This document shows positions 42,798 to 52,503 of a stretch of DNA of 64,000 nucleotides, piece by piece. The DNA lies in assembly GCA_963726175.1 (NCBI GenBank), contig CAVSBM010000012.1:13004-77003 (forward strand), in the 5' to 3' direction. Position 1 is the first letter of the stretch, and each line of letters begins with the position of its first letter. Both the position numbers and the translations under genes were made by a program. Source of the DNA: an uncultured Chloroflexia bacterium (GTDB taxonomy: Bacteria; Chloroflexota; Dehalococcoidia; GIF9; AB-539-J10). A model generated the notes under the pieces. That model did no database searches. It saw nothing but the letters and a program-made list of their open reading frames with translations, and had not been told where the DNA came from.

Positions 42798-43979
42798 TTG
42801 TCGGCTGTGGACACGTCCGAAAGGCGCTTTGACCTGGACTGGGTGCGCGTTATCACGATGCTTGTGGTATTTGTCTTCCACTGCGGAATGTTCTTCACCT
42901 CCTGGCCCTGGCACATCAAATACGGCCAGGTGTACTCTCCTGTCGAAATATTCAATTCCTTTGCCGACACGTGGCAGATGCCGATGCTGTTCCTCGTTTC
43001 CGGTGCGGCCACTTGGTTTTCACTTCGATCACGCCGGGCCGGGAATTTTGTTAACGAAAGGATGCTCAGGCTGCTGATACCCCTGACCTTCGGCGTTCTG
43101 GTCATCATCCCGCTGCAGATCTATTTTGAAAGGATTTTCAAACAGCAGTTCCAGGGCTCGTTCTTTGCATTCTATCCCCATTTCTTCCAGGGCATGTATT
43201 CATTCACAGGGACCGGCAACTTCAGCTGGTCTTACCTGTGGTTCCTGGTTTACCTTTTTATCATCACGCTCATAGCTCTTCCCATCTTCCTTTTTCTGAA
43301 CAGGCCACGGGGCAAAAAGCTGGTCGATGGGCTGGCTTCTTGTGCGTCGAAGCCCGGCGCCATTTTTGCCTGGTTTCTGCCCATGGCCCTGTGCCTGGTG
43401 CTCCTGCAGCCGCTATTTCCGAACTCGGAGAAGAACCTGGTAGGCGACATGGCGTATTTTGCTGAATACCTGTTCTATTTCGTGTTCGGGTACCTCTTCT
43501 GTGCGGACAGGCGGTTCTGGGATGCAATCGAGCGCCACGCCTTTCAGCGCTGGTGCTTGCCGCCGCCACGTCGGCCGCCCTTGCTTACCTTGAGTTGTCG
43601 AACTCCATGCCTGCAATCGGTTATTCCGCGGCAAGATCCGGGGCACTGGGACTCTTCGACGTTATGCGGCTGGTGCTGGATTCTTACTTTTCTCGGCATG
43701 GCAAGGAGGTTTCTTTCTTTTTCCAACCGCTTCCTCTCTTACGCCAACGAGGCGGTGCTCCCCTTCTATATCCTGCATCATATGGTGATCATCGGCGTCG
43801 GATCCTACGTTATCCAGTGGGACATCCCGGTGCTTGCCAAGTATTTTCTGATAATGGCCATGTCGTTCGCAATAATAATGCTGCTGTACGAGTTCGTGGT
43901 TAAGCGGACGAATGTGACACGTTTCCTGTTCGGCATGCGCACGAAGCGGCGGGCCAGCGGTGCCGTGACCGCCGGATGA
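42798..43979 (+). CDS. Acyltransferase family 3 (OatA-like) membrane protein with two compensating internal frameshifts (about 43555 and 43700)
   Basis: FDLDWVRVITMLVVFVFH N-terminus. The internal segment reads sensibly only in frame 43553..43700 (LAAATSAALAYLELSNSMPAIGYSAARSGALGLF). Confidence 0.6.
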   Translation: MSAVDTSERRFDLDWVRVITMLVVFVFHCGMFFTSWPWHIKYGQVYSPVEIFNSFADTWQMPMLFLVSGAATWFSLRSRRAGNFVNERMLRLLIPLTFGVLVIIPLQIYFERIFKQQFQGSFFAFYPHFFQGMYSFTGTGNFSWSYLWFLVYLFIITLIALPIFLFLNRPRGKKLVDGLASCASKPGAIFAWFLPMALCLVLLQPLFPNSEKNLVGDMAYFAEYLFYFVFGYLFCADRRFWDAIERHAFQRWCLPPPRRPPLLTLSCRTPCLQSVIPRQDPGHWDSSTLCGWCWILTFLGMARRFLSFSNRFLSYANEAVLPFYILHHMVIIGVGSYVIQWDIPVLAKYFLIMAMSFAIIMLLYEFVVKRTNVTRFLFGMRTKRRASGAVTAG

Positions 43980-44092
43980 CAGGCAAGCACGGCATTGGAG
44001 TTGTTGGGCGATGGGATTAAGTCGGCGCTTGCTTAGCGTCGACGGAATCAGCCATAATGTCGGGTAACTGAATTCGCGCAGATTCCAGGTCA

Positions 44093-44670
44093 ATGAAACT
44101 CATAGTTGGTTTGGGCAATCCCGGCAAGGCTTATGCTCAGAACCGCCACAACGTCGGCTTCCAGTGCCTGAATTACTTCGCCAGACTTCATTCTATCCGC
44201 TTCGACCACAAGCAATGCCAGGCTAAAGTAGGCATCGGCCAAGTAAGAGGTGAGAAGTTGGTGCTGGCCAAGCCCGGCACATTCGTGAATCTCAGTGGCA
44301 AATCCGTAGCTTGCCTGGTGCATAGGCATAATATGCTCCTTGAGCGACCTCCTTGGTAATATACGATGACCTCGATTTGCCTCTGGGAAAAATTCGCCTG
44401 CGGCAGAGCGGAAGCTCGGGAGGACACAAGGGGATGAACTCCATTATCTCCGCCCTGGGCAGCGAGGACTTCCCCCGAATCAGAGTGGGCATCGGGCGGC
44501 CCCAGGCAGAAAAGCAATCCATTAGCGAAGACGCTATAGTCAATTATGTGCTCAGCGATTTTCGTCACCAGGAAGAAGCGATAGTTAAGCCTGTAATGGC
44601 TAAAGTGGCTGAAGCCATTGACTGTTTTCTTACCCAGGGCATAGAAGCAGCCATGAACAAGTTCAACTAG
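44093..44670 (+). CDS. pth: Peptidyl-tRNA hydrolase, frameshifted near 44340-44360
   Basis: MKLIVGLGNPG...NRHNVGF in ORF1 and DDLDLPLGKIRLR...GGHKGMNSI in ORF2. Confidence 0.8.
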
Positions 44671-44745
44671 CTGTTGACGGATAGACATGGTTGCCAGGAT
44701 ATAATCTAGCCGTAGACGCAGCAAACAAGCTGAAGGGAGGCAAAA

Positions 44746-45903
44746 ATGAAGTACCTTGAAGTCCTTAAAGATCTGATTTCCATTGACACTACTGTACCGC
44801 CGGGTTCGAACTATGACAAGGCAATCGCCTATCTTGAGCCCTTGTTCAAAGAGTTAGGCTTCGATACGCGAAGGCTCATAATCCCCGCGCAGTATGCGGA
44901 AGGAAGAGAAGGAAGGGTTAATCTTGTTTGCCACCGCCGCGAGAAAGGTAAGCCGCGCTTGATTTTTTACGGCCATATTGATGTCGTGCCGGCCGAAGGT
45001 TGGGACGCCTTCAAACCCAGAGTCGAAAACGGGAAGGTCTACGGTCGCGGCGCCGCCGACATGAAGGGAAGTATTGTTGCCCTTCTTCTGGCTATGGAAT
45101 CTCTAAAAGGGAAGCGCCTCAACTTCGACGTTTCAGTGATGGTCACGACCGACGAAGAGTTCAGCCAGGCCAGCCAGATCCAGTACCTGAGGCAATATCT
45201 AGAGCCTGTTTCCGGTGCTTATTTCCTCAACCTTGATTCTAGCTTTGGATATGTTTCTATAGCCGGTCTCGGGGTACTGCAGCTTGATATCAAAGTTACA
45301 GGTAAATCGGTACATTCTGGATTATCTCATCTTGGGGAGAACGCCATCGAGAAGGCCAGCCTTTTGATTCAGGCACTGCTGGACTTAAAACACAAAGTGG
45401 AACAGAGAAAATCCAATGTCCCCACGCACCCCGATACGAAGCTCAGCCGAATGGAAGGCAGGTTGAATATCAATATGATAAAGGGAGGCATTAAGACAAA
45501 TATCGTGCCGGATGAATGTCTCATATCGGTAGACCGGAGGTTAATTCCCGAAGAGAATCTGGAGGATGCCAGAAAAGAATTGCTCGATACGCTTGCCTCC
45601 GTTCGAGGTGTTACCTGGCAACTTGAGCGTGTTTATGCCATCCCGACGGTGCCTCCGGCTAGTGACCCTGTCATAGACCGGCTGGCACGCATTATCGGTG
45701 ATACTGTTGGTGAAGCCAACAAGTTCGGCGAGATGGGTTCCGGGGACTTGTCCCATATTGTCGCCACGTGGGGATGTAAAGCATTTGGCCTCGGCGTCAT
45801 ACGCCCGGAGTGCAATATACACGGTAAGGAAGAATTCGTCTATCTGCAGGACATCGAGGACGTGGCTAAAATCGTCGCGCGCTTTCTTTCACCCCAGGAT
45901 TGA
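44746..45903 (+). CDS. M20-family metallopeptidase (ArgE/DapE-like)
   Basis: GHIDVVP, GRGAADMKG and the TTDEE metal-binding motif. Confidence 0.75.
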   Translation: MKYLEVLKDLISIDTTVPPGSNYDKAIAYLEPLFKELGFDTRRLIIPAQYAEGREGRVNLVCHRREKGKPRLIFYGHIDVVPAEGWDAFKPRVENGKVYGRGAADMKGSIVALLLAMESLKGKRLNFDVSVMVTTDEEFSQASQIQYLRQYLEPVSGAYFLNLDSSFGYVSIAGLGVLQLDIKVTGKSVHSGLSHLGENAIEKASLLIQALLDLKHKVEQRKSNVPTHPDTKLSRMEGRLNINMIKGGIKTNIVPDECLISVDRRLIPEENLEDARKELLDTLASVRGVTWQLERVYAIPTVPPASDPVIDRLARIIGDTVGEANKFGEMGSGDLSHIVATWGCKAFGLGVIRPECNIHGKEEFVYLQDIEDVAKIVARFLSPQD

Positions 45904-45984
45904 GTACGTAACGTTAGGGCGAGAGGCGCGACTGTCAATTACGAGGACCCAAGCAGTTGCGCCGATGCTACAAAATACCGGCAG

Positions 45985-46147
45985 GTGCAATTGCACAAAA
46001 GCCTGGATTGTTACTTCATTAGACAAACTGGGAATGTTGTATTGTGACTTGCCGCATTAAACACGCACCCTGAACGGCAAAAGTTCTATGTTATTGTGTC
46101 CCCACAATCCCGATTCTAGTGTTGCACAAAGTAGCGGATTGTGACTT
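45985..46147. promoter_or_regulatory. Candidate operator cluster upstream of arsR: 12 bp palindrome GTGCAATTGCAC plus three ATTGTG-containing sites
   Basis: GTGCAATTGCAC at 45985-45996. ATTGTGACTT at 46041-46050 and 46138-46147. ATTGTGTCCCCACAAT inverted repeat at 46093-46108. Confidence 0.3.
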
Positions 46148-46206
46148 CTTTCATCTTTGATTCAGTTGACTAACAAACCACGCATGGTCTAGAATTAAGT
46201 ATATTA

Positions 46207-46590
46207 GTGGAGACTTATAAATCAATGGAAACTACGTCGACTAGCCCTGAAAGTGTTGATGAGGAGGCAGCGGTCTTCGGTGCGCTGGCTGACCCTACCC
46301 GTCTCAAGCTGATGAAGCTTCTCTGCCGCCAGCGGGACCCAGATGCCCTCTGCGTCAATGCCCTTGCCGCTCTTCTAGGCGTTACCCAGTCGGCTATTTC
46401 CCAGCACCTGCGGGTGCTGAGAGCCATCGGGTTGGTAAAAGGTGAGAGGCGAGGCTACCATATCCACTACTTCGTGAATCAGGATGTACTGGAGAAGTGC
46501 CGCAGGCTCACATCAGCGGCTCTGAGCATAGCGGAGCCGGGCGATGAGCAATCGTGCTTGCAGTATTGTCCAGAGAGGAAGGAAGGCTAG
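46207..46590 (+). CDS. ArsR/SmtB family metalloregulator
   Basis: DPTRLKLMKLL...VNALAALLGVTQSAISQHLRVLRAIGLV HTH region. Confidence 0.75.
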   Translation: METYKSMETTSTSPESVDEEAAVFGALADPTRLKLMKLLCRQRDPDALCVNALAALLGVTQSAISQHLRVLRAIGLVKGERRGYHIHYFVNQDVLEKCRRLTSAALSIAEPGDEQSCLQYCPERKEG

Positions 46591-46592
46591 AC

Positions 46593-47543
46593 GTGCTCAA
46601 TGTATTACCGCCTGATGGTTCCGCCATCGAGGTGCGAAATCTCACCAAGCGCTATGATGAGCTTCTTGCTGTTGACGGCATCAACTTTGAAGTGAGAAAC
46701 GGTGAGTTCTTTGGTTTCCTCGGCCCCAATGGTGCCGGTAAAACGACCACGGTCCGGATACTCACCGGCGTTATCAAAGCTGATAGCGGCACTGCCTTGG
46801 TAATGAACTCTAGAGCTGGCAGCTTGAAGGCTAAACAGGTAGCCGGCGTTGTGCCCGAGATGGCCAACGCCTACAATGACCTTTCGAGCTGGAACAACCT
46901 GATGCTGATGGCTGAGCTTTATGGTGTCACTTCCGGTAAGGCAAAGGAGAGAAGTGAAAGCCTGTTGAGGGGCCTTGGTCTTCTGGAGCGGCGGGACAGC
47001 CTGGTCAAAACGTATTCCAAAGGGATGAAGCAGCGCCTGATTCTGGGAATGGCGCTTATCAGCGACCCTCAGATACTGTTTCTGGATGAGCCCACGACCG
47101 GCTTGGATGTGCAGAGTGCCCGCTTGATTAAAGACATGTTGCGAAGCCTGAATGGTGGAGGAAAAACTATATTTCTCACCACCCATGACATGGATGAAGC
47201 CAACCAGCTCTGCGACCGGGTAGCTATCATTAACAAAGGGAAAATGGTCGCCATAGACGCTCCGGAGAAGCTCAGGATGGCTACCAGCGGTCGGCACTCA
47301 GTTGAGGTCAGCTTCTCTGACAGCGTAAACGTGGAGACTCTCGCTCAGCTTCCCAGTGTGAATGAAGTGCAGAAAGTCGGCGATAAGTACCGTCTCTATA
47401 CCGAAAACCCCGGCGAACTGGTAGTAATGCTGGTTAACTACTCCTGCACAGTCGGACTCAAGATAGTGTCGCTCAACACACTGGCTCCATCCCTGGAGGA
47501 TGCCTTTGTGATGCTGACTGGAAAAGAGGCTGAGCATGCCTGA
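46593..47543 (+). CDS. ABC transporter ATP-binding protein
   Basis: GPNGAGKTTT Walker A, YSKGMKQRL signature and LFLDEPTTGLD. A likely GTG start follows directly after the arsR stop. Confidence 0.8.
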   Translation: MLNVLPPDGSAIEVRNLTKRYDELLAVDGINFEVRNGEFFGFLGPNGAGKTTTVRILTGVIKADSGTALVMNSRAGSLKAKQVAGVVPEMANAYNDLSSWNNLMLMAELYGVTSGKAKERSESLLRGLGLLERRDSLVKTYSKGMKQRLILGMALISDPQILFLDEPTTGLDVQSARLIKDMLRSLNGGGKTIFLTTHDMDEANQLCDRVAIINKGKMVAIDAPEKLRMATSGRHSVEVSFSDSVNVETLAQLPSVNEVQKVGDKYRLYTENPGELVVMLVNYSCTVGLKIVSLNTLAPSLEDAFVMLTGKEAEHA

Positions 47544-48130
47544 GACAGCACTGGTGTGGCAGCAGCTGCGCCGCTCCCTGACCATAGCACGAAAGGATAT
47601 CCGCATCTATTACTCTAAGGGTCCGGTAATAATCTTTGGCGTTCTTTTTCCTGTTTTTTTATTTCTTTCCTGTGGTGGCTTGGAGGGTGCTATATTAAAA
47701 AGGGAAAATGGTGCCATAGACGCTCGGAGAGGCTCAGGATGGCTACCAGCGGTCGGCACTCGGTTGAGGTCAGCTTCTCTGATAGCGTAAACCTGGAGAC
47801 TCTCGCTCAGCTTCCCGGTGTGAATGAAGTACAGAAAGTCGGCGATAAGTACCGCCTTTACACTGAAAGCCCCGGGGAGCTGGTGGTGGGGCTGGTGAAC
47901 CACTCGTGCATGGTCGGACTCAAGATAGTGTCGCTCAACATACTGGCTCCGTCCCTGGAAGATGCCTTTGTGTCGCTAACTGAGAAAGAGGATGAGCATG
48001 CCTGAGACGGCCTTAGTGTGGCAGCAGATGCGCCGCTCCCTGGGAATAGCGCGCAAGGATATCCGCATCTACTATTCCAAAGGGCCAGTGATAATCTTTG
48101 GCGTTCTTTTCCCGTTTTTCTATTTCTGTC
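47255..48130 (+). repeat. Tandem direct duplication of two units of about 435 bp spanning the ABC ATPase 3' end and the permease 5' end (about 90% identity)
   Basis: ATPase C-terminus MATSGRHSVEVSFSDSVN...EAEHA* and permease N-terminus MPETALVWQQ...IIFGVLFP each occur twice (47283-47680 and 47739-48130). Confidence 0.6.
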
Positions 48131-48752
48131 TTTCACCATCGGCAGGCACATGTCAGTTGATTTCATGATACCGGGGCTTCTGAGCATGATTCTGTTTTTC
48201 ACGGCAACCTCAATATCGCCTATAGTAGTACCCTGGGAGGCGCAGGCAAGGACCTTGGAGCGTCTGATGTCATGCCCGATAAGGTTTGAGACCATTATTG
48301 CTGGGAATATCTTTGCCTCTTTTGCCTTTGGAACGGCTATCTCACTAGTTCCCATCGTCATAGGGATTGCCCTAGGAGTAACTGTATCAAGCCCGGTCAT
48401 ATTCGCTCTCGCAGTTATTCTGGCCGCCCTCTGTTTCGCTTCGCTAGGTAGTGTCTTTTCCATCCCGCCGACCAATCTACCAGCTACGGTGAACATGATT
48501 GCCTCGGTGGTCAAGTTCCCGGTGGTCTTCATCAGCGGCATCTTTATACCGCTGGATGAACTCCCTGCCTGGGGGCAGGCGATTGCCTACATCTCGCCTC
48601 TAACCTACTTCACCGACATTGCCCGCAGTTGCATTCAGGGTCGGGGACATCTCCCACTGGCTGTTGATTTTGCCGTCCTCATCGCCTTTACTGTCCTGTT
48701 TCTTCTAGTGGCGATGAAGCTGCATCAGAGAACAATGCCCAGGAGAATATAA
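47536..48752 (+). CDS. ABC-2 type permease, interrupted by the tandem duplication and a frameshift in a T-run near 48110
   Basis: The second-copy N-terminus MPETALVWQQMRRSLGIARKDIRIYYSKGPVIIFGVLFP continues out of frame into ORF 48018..48752, which has six TM helices. Confidence 0.55.
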
Positions 48753-49161
48753 TATGCTACAAATGGATAAAGAGCAGAAGTGTGACATAGACCAGTTCGT
48801 GAAGTTTGTCCTGGGTGGCAGAACCGTTGAAAACCGTGGTTTGGACTCCTGTCAAGGAACGCTATGCTAGGTGAGTTTAAGAAACAGCAGGCAAAGATAT
48901 TTGGTCACGCTTGCTAATGGGCTTGTTACCACGCAATCTCTTGGGTTGCTACCTGAGGTCACAAAAGCCTGTCTTGTTACCCAACACTTCTGACTTTTGT
49001 GCAAATGTTCCCGGCGCTTAGAAACCTTCGCATGTGGGTTTCCAGCAAGTACAGCTTGCGCGAGATTCAACCTACAGGTTTGACTATGGTCTCTTCTTGC
49101 ATAATATGCGATAATGACTTCAACACCTCTTTGCTCGTCTATTCGATTATGGAAGGAGCAC

Positions 49162-50082
49162 ATGAGTAAGTTAACCTGCTATATTCCTGTGAAACCGATT
49201 ACTCCTATCGTAATTGCCATCATGTTTGTGTTGGGCATTCTTATGTCAAGCATTTGTGCCACCGCGAAAGGGGAGGGGTTTGCCATCTACTTGACCAAAC
49301 AAGATATTCCTCCCGCCCAGATGGAAGCCCTAGGCCACGTCAACCTTACCGACCAGCCTATCGTATCGATACAAGACATCATCACCTATAATGCCCAAAC
49401 CCACGAGATAAAACTTACTGACGAAGCTTTTGAACGTATCGCTAGTCTGGAAGTGCCAGTCAGGGGAAAGTCATTTATGGTTTGTGTTGACGGGGCACCC
49501 ATATATTGGGGAGCTTTCTGGACTCCGATTTCTTCCATTTCATTTGATGGTGTTACTATCTGGAAGCCGTACAGCTCCCAAGGCCCTACAGTCATAACGC
49601 TCCAACTGGGCTATCCATCTTCCTCGTTCTATGGTGGTGAGGACCCTCGGAACAGTCCGGAGATATTGAAGTCTCTGGAGCAGGCTGGCAAGCTAATCAA
49701 CAAGCTATCAATTACATCTATAGAAAAGCTACCCCGCTCATTTAAAGGATATGAGCTATATTCATGGGAAGAAGAAGGCCAATGGCACTTTACTTTGATT
49801 ACAGGTACCAATCGTATTAAGACGATAGAAGAAATAACTTCTAAAGAGGACTTTATCTCTGAAACCGGGTGGGTGAAAATCCAAGTGGTGGGTGCAGATG
49901 CGATTAAAGATGTTCTCAGCCGCTTGCCTGAGGGTGAGTCAGTCTTCTGGTGTGATGAGTTGCATATAGGGCAATCAACAGAGACGGATTTGCAGTTACC
50001 ACCTGAGCAGATTGCAGATGCAATCGAGGAATATGCTGAGCAGTGCGGTTTAGATTTTGTGGTTACAGTCCGAGGCTATTGA
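49162..50082 (+). CDS. Hypothetical membrane-anchored or exported protein
   Basis: MSKLTCYIPVKPITPIVIAIMFVLGILMSSICATAKG signal/anchor, then a roughly 270 aa soluble domain. No family was recognised. Confidence 0.4.
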   Translation: MSKLTCYIPVKPITPIVIAIMFVLGILMSSICATAKGEGFAIYLTKQDIPPAQMEALGHVNLTDQPIVSIQDIITYNAQTHEIKLTDEAFERIASLEVPVRGKSFMVCVDGAPIYWGAFWTPISSISFDGVTIWKPYSSQGPTVITLQLGYPSSSFYGGEDPRNSPEILKSLEQAGKLINKLSITSIEKLPRSFKGYELYSWEEEGQWHFTLITGTNRIKTIEEITSKEDFISETGWVKIQVVGADAIKDVLSRLPEGESVFWCDELHIGQSTETDLQLPPEQIADAIEEYAEQCGLDFVVTVRGY

Positions 50083-50262
50083 AAAATAAAGATCACGAAA
50101 AAGTATATCGTTGAGTAGCCACTAAACAAACTAGCGTTTTTTTGGGCAACGATAAACTCAGGAGAGACTGCCAAGTAAGTCAGTACGTTTAACCTCTGGC
50201 TGAGAAAATTTCCCTCGCTTTTACCGGGGGTCTTGACAAGCCATTACCTCAATTGATACACT

Positions 50263-50276
50263 TGTTCTATAGAACA
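50263..50276. promoter_or_regulatory. Perfect 14 bp palindrome TGTTCTATAGAACA (GTTC-N4-GAAC), a candidate LexA/SOS box
   Basis: Located 31 bp upstream of the lexA ATG within the promoter. It is an inverted-polarity relative of the GAAC-N4-GTTC Cheo box. Confidence 0.45.
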
Positions 50277-50306
50277 TTCGTTAAATATAAATTGTAATAG
50301 GAGGCT

Positions 50307-50933
50307 ATGATGAGAAAGCCTGAGGTTAGAGAAAGGATTCTTGAATTCATACGGCATTCTTTCGATGACAGGGGTTATGCGCCCACTGTTAGAGACATTG
50401 TTAAGGGGTGTAATCTTAGTTCCACATCCGTGGTCCAGCATCACCTGAATACTCTAGAAAAAGAAGGCCGTATTCATCGCGACCCTCAGGTGGTTAGAAG
50501 CATCCAGTTAATGAAAAAGGATGTTGTTGAAGTGCCACTCCTGGGGGCAATTGCCGCAGGAAAGCCGATTCCCGTGCCAAATTCAGATACCTGGACTACT
50601 CCGCCCGAGGAGACGCTTAAGCTAACTGCAGATATGATAGGAAATAAGAGCAATATCTACGCCCTTAAGATAAAGGGGACTTCCATGCTTGATGCTCTTA
50701 TAGATGACGGAGACATCGTGGTCATGGAAGCTGTGCCAACCGCTGAAGATGGGCAGACGGTAGCTGTCTGGCTCAAAGACGAACAAGAGGTAACTCTAAA
50801 AAAGATTTACCGAGAACCAGGGCGCATTCGACTTCAACCAGCAAATAAGCAGATGAAGCCTATCTACGTAAAGCCCCACAATATCGAGGTGCAGGGAAAG
50901 GTGGTGGCTGTACTCAGAAAGCTCAGTCGCTAA
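50307..50933 (+). CDS. lexA: LexA repressor (S24 peptidase)
   Basis: N-terminal wHTH region. AAG cleavage-site region (GAIAAGKP), Ser in GTSM and Lys in VVAVLRKL. Confidence 0.85.
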   Translation: MMRKPEVRERILEFIRHSFDDRGYAPTVRDIVKGCNLSSTSVVQHHLNTLEKEGRIHRDPQVVRSIQLMKKDVVEVPLLGAIAAGKPIPVPNSDTWTTPPEETLKLTADMIGNKSNIYALKIKGTSMLDALIDDGDIVVMEAVPTAEDGQTVAVWLKDEQEVTLKKIYREPGRIRLQPANKQMKPIYVKPHNIEVQGKVVAVLRKLSR

Positions 50934-50960
50934 TCGCTTAATCTCCAAGGAGCGGGAACA

Positions 50961-52151
50961 ATGAGGATTGGCTGTATTTTCTTTCCCAACTTTGCTGTTC
51001 AGGTCGAAGTAAGGGATAACAATGCCCTGTCAGGCAAGCCAATTATCATCGGGGGCTTCCCATACCAGCTAAAGGCTGTTCACGACGCCTCAGCAGAGGC
51101 AATGAGGCAAGGTGTTAAAAGAGGCATGCCTTTACGCCAGGCTTACGCTTTATGTCCTCAAGCAACATTTTTGCCTCTGGCTGAGGATAAATATAATGAT
51201 GCTTTCACCCGTGTTCTAAACCTCCTTGCCCAATACACCCCGGTGGTAGCAGTGGGAGCCGGAACCTGTGCAATCCTGGACGCTACCTTAGAACGGGATG
51301 AATTCGCTTTTGTAAGAGATACCCTGGAAATTATAGAGGAGAAGACCGGCCTCCATACATCCGCCGGCATTGCCTCAAATACATTTGTGGCCCGGGTAGC
51401 GAGTCAGGTAGCTAAACTCAGTGAGTGCCTTGTAGTTCCAGATGGCGAGGAAAGGAGATTCTTACAAAATTTACCTATAGATTTGCTACCAGCCTCGCCT
51501 GAATCGCTGAGAAGGTTCAAACTCTTCGGCATCTACGAAATGAAGGAGCTAGCAAAATTGCCAATCGGAGCAATCAAGCTTCAATTTGGACGAGAAGGTC
51601 AAATCTTATGGGAACTATCAAATGGCATTGACTTCTCAAAGCTTACGCCCTGGAAAATGCCAGAAGCTCTCACAGGCGAGGTTTCCTTTGAGCCGCCGGC
51701 GGAAGTTCTCACTATTATTTTAAATGGAACTGGTGACCTCTTGAACAGCTTAGCAGGGCAGTTAAAGCAGCACTGGCAATGCTGTCGCCGCTTGACTATG
51801 TGTCTTTCTTTCAGCAACGGCGATATGGTTAAACGAACGTTCCATTTCAAAGAAGCAACATGCTCCAAGGAAGTGATGCTACGTCAATTGCAGTGTTACC
51901 TGGAGAGGGCAAGATTTACGTCTCTTATTGAGAAAATGACACTAACCCTAACCGATCTTTGCTCTGAAGAGGGAAAACAGGCTTCATTTCTCGATACGCA
52001 GGTAAGACATTGGGAGAAACTGATAACGGCAATAAATCAGCTTCAACAAAGATACGGCAAGGGAATAGTTAAGCAGGTGCTATACAAAGAGAAATGTTTG
52101 CTACCGGAAGATTCCTTTTCCTTCGCTAACTTTGATGTCAAAGAGAGATGA
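50961..52151 (+). CDS. imuB: ImuB-like catalytically inactive Y-family polymerase
   Basis: Y-family fold, but the position of the catalytic DMD is GCIFFPNF. It sits between lexA and dnaE2 as in mutagenesis cassettes. Confidence 0.65.
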   Translation: MRIGCIFFPNFAVQVEVRDNNALSGKPIIIGGFPYQLKAVHDASAEAMRQGVKRGMPLRQAYALCPQATFLPLAEDKYNDAFTRVLNLLAQYTPVVAVGAGTCAILDATLERDEFAFVRDTLEIIEEKTGLHTSAGIASNTFVARVASQVAKLSECLVVPDGEERRFLQNLPIDLLPASPESLRRFKLFGIYEMKELAKLPIGAIKLQFGREGQILWELSNGIDFSKLTPWKMPEALTGEVSFEPPAEVLTIILNGTGDLLNSLAGQLKQHWQCCRRLTMCLSFSNGDMVKRTFHFKEATCSKEVMLRQLQCYLERARFTSLIEKMTLTLTDLCSEEGKQASFLDTQVRHWEKLITAINQLQQRYGKGIVKQVLYKEKCLLPEDSFSFANFDVKER

Positions 52152-52477
52152 GCAAGCTATTTCACGAGGCTATAACGCTGGAGGTCAAGGAGGACATCCA
52201 GCACAGGCCTATTGCCTTTTCATATAAGGGTGGAAAGGAAGGTGTTGAAGAACTATGCGAACAATGGCGAGTGTCCCGGGAATGGTGGAAGAAAGCGACT
52301 AATACCCCGCAAGCTCTTCAATCTTGTGGAGACCCCGGGTCCCCTGCCAAATCAGAGATTTGGCAGGGTGGAATTGATAGGGAATATTTCCGAGTCAGGA
52401 CTGTGAGGGGTATTGTCTGTGAAATGTACCGGGATCTGATTACCGGTGCCTGGTATTTGCAACGCATATACGACTAA
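52148..52477 (+). CDS. Small DUF4113-like protein. It is either a separate ORF coupled by an ATGA overlap or the frameshifted C-terminal domain of ImuB.
   Basis: 109 aa ending ...EYFRVRTVRGIVCEMYRDLITGAWYLQRIYD, which resembles the C-terminal domain found on ImuB/UmuC-like proteins. Together with imuB it gives about 505 aa. Confidence 0.4.
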   Translation: MSKLFHEAITLEVKEDIQHRPIAFSYKGGKEGVEELCEQWRVSREWWKKATNTPQALQSCGDPGSPAKSEIWQGGIDREYFRVRTVRGIVCEMYRDLITGAWYLQRIYD

Positions 52478-52503
52478 AGATGTTGACACTCGTGCCTTAG
52501 TGC

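Noticed and set aside
42599-43108. Minus-strand 169 aa ORF and plus-strand ORF 42315..42596
   Set aside because: The minus ORF overlaps the well-supported acyltransferase-3 start. Both have atypical composition, no RBS and no recognisable domains.
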